Assembly (NCBI GenBank): GCA_976226885.1 | Contig: OZ320313.1 | Location: 49,724,001-49,788,000, forward strand | Direction of reading: 5' to 3' | Origin: Iphione sp. A-MEVVRFRX5 | Lineage: Eukaryota | Length of the DNA stretch: 64,000 bases | In this document: positions 11,539-21,948 of the stretch, one piece after another | How positions within the stretch are numbered: position 1 is the stretch's first letter | How the letters are laid out: each line of letters begins with the position of its first letter | The notes under the pieces: model-generated | Told to the model about the DNA's origin: nothing | What the model saw: only the letters and a program-made list of their open reading frames with translations | Databases searched by the model: none | Made by a program: the position numbers and the translations under genes

Positions 11539-13558
11539 TGGGCAATTCTCACAACTTGTGTACCAGTCCTGGAGAATACATTTTTAGCCCTTTTGTGATT
11601 ACAGTAGCTTAGTCACTAGGTATTTACAGGTAATTTTGTACTTATTTGGAAGTATGTTACATGGCCTTTCTATTGATACCTAATATATTTATGTTGGAGT
11701 ATTTTCTGAGAAGATATGAATGAAAATATATGTAATTTTATGCTTCTGTTGGTAATTTTTAATCAAACTTATTTAAATATTCCAAATATAAGTCATGAAA
11801 GAAAATATTCTTTCATATTTTCAAGTAAATAACATTGGAGGCTATACCAGTATTGACTTTAAAAGTAATACAATAAATATAAAATATTTTAAAAACAGGT
11901 CTTTACTTTTAATGAATTTGAATGTATTCTCCAGGACCATTTTTCTACAACTTTAAAGATACATTTAATATACCCTTTGATTCAGGTGTTATATGTATTC
12001 CTAAAGCATATGACCACACCTACCAAAATGCCCAATATCATTTAATCATGATTATAAAGTATGAAGTAATTGCAACTTTTAATGTGGTTTTGAGAGTGGG
12101 GACAAACCGTGGCGTATTCTCCAGGACATTGAGAATTTTCATACCCAAGCTAAGAAAATAGTATTTTGGTATTTTTTAAAGAATATTTAATGTCATAACT
12201 ATATGTCTAATTAAAGTATTACATGCCAAAGTTATTAGTAGAGAATGAAATATCACAAGTCCAACTTAAACCCAAATTTTGAGAGATTTGGTGCCTTGTA
12301 TTCTCCAGGACGAAGACCAGTATCATATATATCTTGTAGATATCTTAGTTTTGTAAACTATATATCATCTTTATAATCAGACTGTATCATAATGACATGT
12401 TTTCTAGCATTTAAAGGTACAGAACATCCACCTTGACCTAAATTATGCTTCATAATGTATTCTGCAAAATAAAAAGTATTTTCCAGTTCAAGTACCTTTA
12501 CTTTTAGGAACAGCATGTCTGAAATGCTATGTAAATGTAATTTTTTCATTCATATATGATTATTTACCTAATTTCTATCTTTTAAAACCTAGTAGAATGG
12601 AGAATTATTAATATTAGTAAATAATCACATAGTCTGTATTCTCCAGGACTGAGTGTATTCTCCAGGACCATCACTGTTTTATCCATCTGTGCATTTTTTT
12701 TGTTATTGTAATGGATGAAACATTAGTTATTTTTCATAAATAAGTACAACACAAAGTACTGGAACCATTATCATGAAAATTATTGTCATTTATGTTTCCC
12801 TATTAGCTGGATATGAAAAAATTATGTTCTTATTTTCCTTAAAGAACCATTTTACTAATTATTTTTAGTAGTAAAAATGAATTAATGTCAGAAACCAACT
12901 TTATTATCAATTTTCCCTTATTCCTCCTAGAAAATAGTTTTCAAATATTCATCAAAATAATAAATAACATGGATTTCAGTGTCTTTTGTATTCTCCAGGA
13001 CTGAATAATTACAATATAAATTGGGTCACACAATAGTCATGTGATAATAATTTTGCTATACCAAAGTTCCTTTTATATGGGAAATGTTTTTTCAAGATTT
13101 ATTATAATTTCTATATAATATTTTGCTTTGTTCCTTTTTATACAGAGTATTTGCATATATGAGGATGTTTTTGTAAATTTGTGTCACTTTTTCATATAAT
13201 TACAAAGGTCTTTTATAGAGTAAATACTTGATAATATTGATTAATTGTATTTTGATATGATATCCTCATCCTTTCATCACAAAATGAAACATGGATATCA
13301 ATAAGAAACTAGGTAATTCTGAATTAAACAAGATCTGTCTGGAATTTTTGCTGTTCGTTCTGGAGAATACATAGCTAATTACTTATATACTTTCGCAATC
13401 TCTGATGTGATGAGTTTTCATCAAAAACATTTCAAACTACCAGTTTCCATTGAACAAATATATTAAGAATGCAAAGTACAGGAAGTTTTTCAGATTAGTA
13501 GAACTTGAAATTTTGATGTATTCTCCAGGACTGGTACAAAAGTTGTGAGAATTGCCCA
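11539..13558. mobile_element. Non-autonomous ~2.0-kb TIR DNA transposon inserted in a (TA)n tract; superfamily unresolved
   Basis: 43-bp TIRs TGGGCAATTCTCACAACTT(G/T)TGTACCAGTCCTGGAGAATACAT with one mismatch. (TA)n on both flanks, very AT-rich interior, no credible ORF, nine copies of GTATTCTCCAGGAC. Confidence 0.9.
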
Positions 13559-13730
13559 TATATATATGTATATATACGTGTACACGTAAATGTAGCACTG
13601 TCAGCAGCGATAACAGAAACAATTTCAAGTTATATTTCTTCGCAACACAGACAAACCTACACATTTCATAGAGCTTGCGACCAGCAATGGTCGGCCATGG
13701 GTTGAATGACACAGAGCAGCTCCGTCCCGT

Positions 13731-13744
13731 GTTGCCAAGGCAAC
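13731..13744. promoter_or_regulatory. RFX X-box motif GTTGCCAAGGCAAC inside a small inverted repeat
   Basis: Full X-box match, flanked by GAGCAGCTC (13714-13722) and its reverse complement GAGCTGCTC (13747-13755). Confidence 0.45.
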
Positions 13745-15428
13745 GCGAGCTGCTCATACCTACTAGCTTGCACTCTGAACGGTTTTCTAGGAATGGCTGA
13801 TGCTGTCGAGGCAAACAATGACTAGAGCCGGCCGAACAATGCATGCGTCAAATTAAATTTTACTGTGAACTGTAATAATACAAAGCGACAGCAATTAATT
13901 GCGGGTGATTTCGAAAAGCATGTGAAACAGACGACAGGACAATGACAATGCAAAAATACTTCGGACATTGACGCAGGAGGAAGTCCGCAAGACCTATCAT
14001 GAGATGTTAAAAAAAAAATTAATAGTTCATTTCTAGATTTACACGTGGGAAGATCGCACCAGTTTATGGCATATATCCGAAAAAGTCATGCATTAGTGAG
14101 CATACATATTCGGAGGATGTTTTGATGGCAGATCGTGGTCAAATGTCTGTGCTGTGTGTTACCAATGATTTATGCATGGTGGTAGTGTCAGATAACTGTT
14201 TCCGCTCCTATTATTAGGTATGTGGTATTGATTTATAGATATGCTCTCAAGTGCTGTGCACATCTTTCTTTGTATTCTCACCGGTATGATGTGAAATGTC
14301 AGGAGTTTAATATGAAAATGATAGAAGGTACACTATGAAATTACGCACATCTATGCATTTCAGTCGGTGCACCACATTCAAATGGGGATTTTGAGATGAA
14401 TGAATAAACGGCCGTGACGCACTTAACCAGTCCCAGCTGTAAAGTACACATTTTTAGTCATTCTAAACGAATTACATCCCAAACGATGCATTTATTCCTC
14501 GGACCTACAGAAATACTTCAAATGACTAGGCAGTGCAAGAGCGTAACTAAACAATGCTAGAGTGGGCCATTTGGACGGCGACGGCGTACAGAATACATGC
14601 AAATATTGACTAACTCCTTTGGATATGGCCTGTAGAATAGCACGACACGGTCGCCATGCTTCAGAGGCCTCCCCAGGGACGCACTTTCAAAATGAACCTT
14701 ATGGACACACATACATGTACAGACAAAGACAATACCGCCTGAGTAACATAAGCATGTACATGTATCTTTGATATATCTGTATATTGACAAGCAGGTCCCG
14801 CTGTCACCCACACCAGCATTTTTATGTTGCGGTATAAAACCGAGGTGTGTCCATGAATCATGGCTGATATGGTTCGAGATTGATACGAGCCATGGGGATG
14901 TGAGCCATTCTGGTCAGTATGATCCAGTGTATAATTTATAAATTGATTCACTCGTGTAGACCTTCGTCGATATTGAAAAGGTGACAGAATACCGAACCCT
15001 ATTTTTTCCTGATCCTAACCCTTGCCTTTACTCTATGGTGAAATAACCAGACGCCACTGATACAGGGCCGTAGTTGGACCAACAGGGAAAAAAGGGGGGG
15101 GGGGCTGATGTTTGCCAACTCAGTGATTTAGGCGGCTCAGCCTAAAAAAAAATTGGACAGTTCTCACGGGGATGGGTGGGGCGGGGAGTCACATCCCGCT
15201 ACCTCCCACCAATACATTGTCTGTGCCCGTGCACTAATTGCTCATAATGACCGGATCATAGGAAACATGGTCCATAGTGACAAGAGCCCATACCTATAAT
15301 TATCGCTACATTTAATATGATACCTACTAAGGCAAATCTGAAATGATACACGAACCTTCACTGTACAAGGTATGGAGAGATAGTAAATTGCTTTCTCTTG
15401 TGAACCAATCCGTGACTATACATAGAAC

Positions 15429-15832
15429 ACTCAAAAACTGAATGATTGCTGTTTCCACCAAAATCGTTCAGACTCCGGATAATTTGCCTTTTGAATTGTG
15501 GCGGGTCATTATGAATGTGGTACACCATATCAAGAGTTACATAACTGTGTGTATATAAGCCGGGCTGAAATGTTCATAGTCCTCTCCCTCCATTCCAAGT
15601 TTCAACAAACTTGGGGGAAGAGCTACCAGGGCTCTCTGTCAGCTTGCGGAGGTGTGAATTCATCAAACTACTGTTTCCCTTTGATTATAATGAACTAATG
15701 AACTTGGGGGAGAGCGACAGCTCACTGAGGTGTGAGCTCATCAAACGGTACCATTTCCCTTTGATGATAAACTTGGGAGAGAGTGATAGCTCGCCAAGCT
15801 CGTAGAGCTTACAGAGCATTCAGTTTTTGAGT
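15429..15832. repeat. Segment bounded by 16-bp perfect inverted repeats with internal tandem repeats; unclassified
   Basis: ACTCAAAAACTGAATG (15429-15444) and CATTCAGTTTTTGAGT (15817-15832). Units starting AACTTGGG(G/A)G..GAG near 15608, 15701 and 15770. No target duplication visible. Confidence 0.6.
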
Positions 15833-16367
15833 AAAATTTCAATATATTTTAATCAAATAACAGCGTTTGGATTCAGAAAGTGAATATTTCAGTAATATGA
15901 GTGTCTAAATAGAGAAAAACATTTGGTTTCCAGAAATATTGTTCGTATTTGGGGAAATTCGGTTTTCAAGTGTTTGGATTTGGAGTAACCTCTGTACATC
16001 TATTGGTAGCCAAGATTTTTGTGAATGTCTATTTGCTTCATGAAAAAACACGTGATACATCCACTCAAGTTAAACAGTCTAAGATATGATTTTATTTACA
16101 TAATACAATCTTTAACAGTACATGAAACTATATATCAGCCTTCTGTGTGTCGAATTCCCCATAACCAAAGGAGGTAACATCATCAATACTGAATTCACCT
16201 GAATGCGTGTGAAAAATCAGATCAAAAATCATCTTTAGATATGCATCTGTGACACGAAACGTACGCTCATCCTTCTTCAATCTTCAGCGAGTGTTCTTTT
16301 AATGGTCATCAAGAAATATCGCTGACATAAGGATTACCAAGTGCATTTTGATCCAACGTTAAAGGTA

Positions 16368-17163
16368 CAGGAGAAACTCACTTTCCGACCATCACTTGGG
16401 TCGGCCCAAAATGGTCGGAATTCTGAATATGGTCGCAAAGCAATAATTTGACCTCCCCTCTACAAAAATTAGTTTTTAATGTTGGTAATGTTATGATATA
16501 AAGAAATCAATTGGTTTAGTGCTCAATAATGCATATTAAAGGTTCAATAGAGCCGGCCGACCCTCTCCAGGGTGAGAGACCATCAAAGACGTCCCCGTTG
16601 ACACCCTCGACCACTGCCGGCCAACCCCGCCAAGGTGTGAGGATAATCAGAGCCGTCCCCATTGAAGCCTGCGACCATTGCCGACCGACCCTCTCCAGGG
16701 TGAGAGACCATCAAAGACGTCCCCGTTGACGCCCGCGACCACTGCTGGCCAACCCCGCCAAGGTGTGAGGAACATCAAAGACGTCCCCGTTGACACCCTC
16801 GACCACTGCCGGCCAACCCCGCCAAGGTGTGAGGATAATCAGAGCCGTCCCCATTGATGCCCGCGACCACTGCCGACCGACCCTCTCCAGGGTGAGAGAC
16901 CATCAGAGACGTCCCCGTTGACGCCCCGCCCCCCCCCCCCCCGACCACTCTCATAGGGTCGGTCGCAAAGTGATATTAAAATGTACTAAAAACGACCCTA
17001 AGGTGTGTGGTCGGATGCTGAATATGGTCGGAAAGCAATATGGTCGCAAAGTGAGTTCCTCTCATGTAGGATATGTACTGAAAATAATTCCGTTCCGACC
17101 CAAAATGGTCGCAATAGTCGATTTGGTCGCAAAGTGAGGAGGTTGCAAAGTGAGTTTCTCCTG
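16368..17163. mobile_element. Tc1/mariner-pogo-like non-autonomous element with TA target duplication
   Basis: TIR CAGGAGAAACTCACTTT is perfect over 17 bp (21/23 extended). TA flanks at 16366-16367 and 17164-17165. Many subterminal TGGTCG(C/G)AAA motifs. Confidence 0.88.
16557..16925. repeat. GC-rich minisatellite, about 62-bp unit x6, inside the pogo-like element
   Basis: Variants A (CCGACCCTCTCCAGGGTGAGAGACCATCAAAGACGTCCCCGTTGAC...) and B (CCAACCCCGCCAAGGTGTGAGGATAATCAGAGCCGTCCCCATTGA...) in the order A-B-A-hybrid-B-A. Confidence 0.9.
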
Positions 17164-19238
17164 TACATTCCAAATTAAGTGTGACAATCAGTGTCTTATC
17201 GATCTCCATGCATATTGTGCAGAATTTTAACCCTTATATTGATTTTAGATTATTGATATGCTTTCTGCATGTAATATATGGTTTAATGTATCTATTTTGC
17301 CTATGTGATGGTGATATTGATGGTGATAAGATGCCATGTTACTAGAAAATGGGTGTCCAAAATAATAATTTAATTATTATTCTGTAAAATAGTACTAGAT
17401 TAAGAGAGAATATTATTATTTCTGTGTCATCACCATATGAACCAATTTGAAGGGGTTTGGGGAAAAAATACCTTAATGTAACAAATGAGCTCATGCCATA
17501 CCAAGGGAAAATATGTCCAATGATTCCAGTCACCTACGTCATGATGACATATGCATCTAAATTGAACTAAAAAGGACACAAAATCAATGAATATACATTA
17601 TTACTATACATACACAAGAGATCTACTGATTTATATATTTTTAATATACTCCAAATTCTCCTGTATATATGGGAGCTACATACAGAACATAGGGTTCATA
17701 GATCAGTTAAGGAAGTCATATACGTCATGTACATCATCATAGGTTTCCTTTATGCAATATTGATTATAATCTCATATATGAATCAGTAGATTCAATGTGG
17801 CATATCAATATAGAAATAGTTAATGAATAAGGATGCATTAATATTTTGTGAAGGAATTGCCCTAATTGATGTCACATACGTCATGATTGTCACATACATC
17901 ATGATTGAATATTCCACCAGATGGCTCTGCATATATATGGTATTAGCCTAGCAGTTATTTTAGGAACAGTTACATTCAACAATAACATTAAAATTTGTAT
18001 CAGACAACATAGCTTAGGAACATTCATTATACACTATGAATGGCATAGGTGACCCCATTGACAATGTATAGCATCACAATGGAGACATTATTAATATGTC
18101 ACTGAGTGCTCATTTTTGCCAGATATATTCTTTCAAGCCTTTGCTTTTCAATGATACATTTGAAAAGCATATATGACACATTTCGTTTTTGAGCAATTAC
18201 ATGTACCTCCTCCTAATAGCCACACTTAACTTGGAATATATCTAAAATGAGTTCTTGTCCTTTGAAAGTGTGTGTATATACATACATCTCGTTCACACAT
18301 ACATGTACGTCGCAAATATAAGCACTGGTGCAGATATCCATAGGAGCTTGAATTGATTTTTTAATCGGCTCTATAAGATAAAACCTGTATCTTTCTTTGT
18401 TGTCAGTGTACAGCTACACAGGAGGTGCTACAACAGTGGACCGTGTACATGTGCATATAAGCAGTTAACGTTAGAGATATAAATTCCTCTTGTAGTTAAA
18501 GCATTACACATGATGTTGTAAATACTAATTGCACGAATTTCATATAGATTCTATGAGCTTGTCCTTGTGCTGACTGAGCTTGGGATTTGAAGTCGCACAG
18601 CCGAGGTATGAAAATGATCTGTAATTACAATGAAAACATGAATGCCTGTTTATGTCTCGGAGATTTGGGTCATATTTCTTTTTTAAAAAGCGTATTTGTC
18701 AACATAAGTACTGGCCAGTGCATTTCTTATTACATGTACATGTATTTTCTTCTGGGTAACTAAAAATATCCGGGGAAACTCATACATTTACCATGGAAAG
18801 TCATGTAACATCTTCATGAGATTATAGTGTGGGTCGTATCAATGACACCTCAAGATTGATTTCTCATTAAGTGCATTGAATTATACCAGCACAAAGTGAG
18901 AAATGGTGATGTAATGCCCTCTGGACAAGTTCGTCCCGTCAGGTCCGGGTACTCAGTTTATCAGTTGTGATATATGGTACGATCAATATATTTCTGCGAA
19001 TACGTGTACATGTCTCTGTCCAACCCAGCAGTGTCTTGAGGATTAGTTTTAGCGTGTACTGCATTCACTTTTGTGAAATAAATAAAATGCACACAAACGC
19101 ACACAAAACGCATACAAACGCATGTAAAGAAACCGACCCTAAATATATTCATTATCATAAAAATATTTCATTATCTGGACCGACATAATTGGGTACGTAT
19201 ACACGTATGACTGAGTCTCCCACTTGTGGATTTTTCAG

Positions 19239-19427
19239 GTATCAGGAATTGCCATCCTGGCCGTAGGAATCTGGATGAAGTTGGAGTTGTATCTCTACAT
19301 GGAGCTCACCACCGTCTATTACAGTGAAGCTCCCTACGTCCTCATCGGTGTCGGTGCTGGGATCATTGTCGTCGGTATGCTCGGGTGTGCCTGTACCGCT
19401 AAGGGCAATGCCTGTCTACTCTACATG
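19239..19427 (+). CDS. TSPAN7-like: Tetraspanin exon 2 (189 nt): VSGIAILAVGIW...GCACTAKGNACLLYM
   Basis: Acceptor TTTTTCAG, donor GTGAAT; encodes the end of TM1, EC1 and TM2. Confidence 0.95.
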
Positions 19428-21823
19428 GTGAATACTGTGGTTTGAGCAGCGGTTTATAGTAAAAAGGGGTCAACCAATCCTTCTTAATTATTCATAGTCG
19501 ATTAGCACACTATCGATGACCTTTGTGACCTATTTTATTTTCATTTTAATGAATTAGTATTAAAGAATAAAATCCATTTTGTTATCATACTTCTCGAAAC
19601 TGAAAAATGGAATGTTTTGTTTCTGTAGGGATAAATGGTCCTAAGCATAAATTAATATCGAAGAGAAAACCTAACTTATCTCATCAGAACAGACAAATAA
19701 TTTCTGGGCTTAAACACGTATAATTAAGTAAATGGAAATTTGTAAATGGTGACTGCCGGCAACCAGATATGTTCCTTTAACTGAAAAAAATTACAAAGTA
19801 CATGGATATCATTAGATTCCCTGCCGCCGCCTATCGGTAAAACGCGATAGTGTTTGTATGCAAACTGCCCCCTGCTGTTGTTTCCTGATACTACACTAAG
19901 GTATGCATGTGGGAGTTCAGTGGCATATTTTAAAGGATTGGGACTCAACATCGGCCTCTTTTTGCAGTTTTCCGGATTCCTCATTGTGATTTTCCTGGCT
20001 GAGCTTTGTGTTGGTGTGGCAGGATTCATCTACCGTACACAGGTAAATCATCATCATCATGCATTAATACTTCTACATTTCTGTCAATACTTAACTGCTT
20101 TATTCTTCAGTGTATCACAAGGCCAATCAGAATTTATGACCAAGAGAACACAGGGGGAACACCTATTTTGGTGAAGCATTGTGAGTGCATTTTAGTTCTT
20201 GGTGAAGTGTTATTTGTGCTTTTTCTGGTGATTGGGGATCAAGAAAAATTCTTGGTGAAGCATTATCCTTTAAGCGTTATGAGTTTTTTCGATTCTTGGT
20301 GAAGCGTTATAGGGTACCCCCTGCCCCCCCACTCCCCTGTGAGAACCTTGTTTTGAAGATTCCATGGAATTTTGCTTAGCATTGTACCATGCTTTTAAAA
20401 ATGAAAAATACCCATTTAAATCAGACGTTTTGTTATATTATGAATCATTCACAGTTATCTAGATGTACTTTCCCAAAATATACTTGCATGCTAAATACAA
20501 AATGTATTATTCTGGTCATTGCAGTTACAAGATGGTTTTGGAGTTGGCATGACCAATGCGCTGAACAACTATGCTAATAGGACTGAGAAACGGGAAGCGA
20601 TTGATGGGATCCAGAAAGGAGTAAGAAAGCAGTGTATTTTTGATGATCTCAAAGTGTTGTAGGCAACATACGATTGTCTGTCTACGAGCATTGATACAGC
20701 AGAAGCGATATTAAATCTACATACAAGTATGCATCATACCGTATTTGGCATACTCCAGGTGTTGTGTGCCAGCTAACTTTGATAAAAGTGAGGAAAAGAC
20801 CCGATGTTACCATCCTCTCTTGGATTGCATTCGTCCATTTGATTGGACTTTTGAATTCTCCTTTGACTGCAGCTGAAATGTTGCGGTAAGGACAGCTACA
20901 AGGACTGGTTTGCCATTCCGTGGAACGGGAAACACAGGACAGAAGGTGTACCGTCGAGCTGCTGCCGTAAAGATGGCTGCCAGAATAGCCCTCTTCCGGT
21001 CAATGCCACAGGAGCCATCTACACAGAGGTAAAACAATTTAAGCATATATACAGGTATACATAAATATATACATATATACCCGTCTAAAGTTGAGGGATG
21101 GCCTAATTTTACCTACACTGGTAAGATGGTGAGGAAAAATCTTATAAGGCCCAACATTGAACATGTTTTAATGTACGGTAAACGAGACTGGTTGCCTCTT
21201 GCTTAGCGTTCAATTGTTACGCACCATTATGATCTGATTGTAATGGTGCGGAGCATCGTAAGAATAAGTATGTGTACCTCCTAGATTGCAAACGTCTATA
21301 GCATTGATTCTATTCAATCATATGCTCTTTTAGGGATGTTTTGTGAAGGTCACCAGCTTTATGGAGGCTAATTTCGGCATCATTGGAGGCGTCACCATAG
21401 GATTTGCCTTCCTACAGGTAAAAATAGCTTTTACCCAAGAGCATTTTTGTCTAAAGAAATCTACCGTCGGTATAGTCTTGTAAACCTCTTTTCAAATGTT
21501 CTTTACTCTAGCGGAGGGGGTGCGGTTAATTCATTAGGAACGATATTAATACACATATGCGCGCACAAATCATCGTTATAGTCCCTCATTTTATAGTTAG
21601 GCTCTTGTATTATTCGGGGGGGGGGGTGGATTATGATCAGGTGTCATTATACATTTTGATGGGCTTGCAGTATGATGTAGATAATCTGCTACATGTATAT
21701 ATTCCCTTTTCTATTCAGGGATTCTGATCAGGACGGTCCTTTTATTTTCAGTTGTTTGGCGCACTCCTATCCTGCTGTGTTGCTAAGAACGTCAACAAAG
21801 CCAAATATGAGCAAGTGGCATAA
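19239..21823 (+). CDS. TSPAN7-like: Tetraspanin of the TSPAN6/7 group; coding exons 2-7 (223 aa); exon 1 not located
   Basis: Six exons with AG/GT boundaries, all phase 0, join into an open frame with the end of TM1, TM2-TM4, CCG, PSSCC, six EC2 cysteines, NRT/NAT glycosylation sites and C-terminal YEQVA*. Confidence 0.95.
19968..20042 (+). CDS. TSPAN7-like: Tetraspanin exon 3 (75 nt): FSGFLIVIFLAELCVGVAGFIYRTQ
   Basis: Acceptor TTTTTGCAG, donor GTAAAT; TM3 with the conserved polar Glu. Confidence 0.95.
20525..20620 (+). CDS. TSPAN7-like: Tetraspanin exon 4 (96 nt): LQDGFGVGMTNALNNYANRTEKREAIDGIQKG
   Basis: Acceptor CATTGCAG, donor GTAAGA; EC2 helices with the AID.IQ motif. Confidence 0.93.
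20873..21028 (+). CDS. TSPAN7-like: Tetraspanin exon 5 (156 nt): LKCCGKDSYKDWF...VPSSCCRKDGC...AIYTE
   Basis: Acceptor GACTGCAG, donor GTAAAA; CCG and PxSCC signatures. Confidence 0.96.
21334..21417 (+). CDS. TSPAN7-like: Tetraspanin exon 6 (84 nt): GCFVKVTSFMEANFGIIGGVTIGFAFLQ
   Basis: Acceptor CTCTTTTAG, donor GTAAAA; GC motif and TM4. Confidence 0.95.
21752..21823 (+). CDS. TSPAN7-like: Tetraspanin last coding exon (72 nt): LFGALLSCCVAKNVNKAKYEQVA*
   Basis: Acceptor TTATTTTCAG; end of TM4, CC, YxxPhi tail, TAA at 21821-21823. Confidence 0.94.
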   Translation: MFGALLSCCVAKNVNKAKYEQVA

Positions 21824-21942
21824 GAGATGTGGATCTTTCCAGATTTGTTCCACCGTGGAGGTATGACACTGCACATTCTACAGGACCGGATTATTCCAGA
21901 TTTTCTTAATGCTTTATTTGTTATCCTCTTGTAAATTCATTG

Positions 21943-21948
21943 ATTAAA
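21943..21948 (+). terminator. Possible polyadenylation signal ATTAAA for the tetraspanin
   Basis: First A(A/T)TAAA-type hexamer I saw after the stop, followed by GU/U-rich sequence. The UTR could be longer. Confidence 0.3.

Noticed and set aside
16529-16729. 66-aa ORF
   Set aside because: Translation of the minisatellite.
16557-16925. CRISPR-like array
   Set aside because: Eukaryotic context, contiguous units without unique spacers, no cas genes. The same applies to the 14-mer repeats at 11.5-13.6 kb.
18708-18755. VLASAFLITCTCIFFW|GTAACT as the missing tetraspanin exon 1
   Set aside because: It has the right ending and phase, but an in-frame stop at 18705, no ATG, no C..K..L pattern, and it is built on the common TACATGTA motif.
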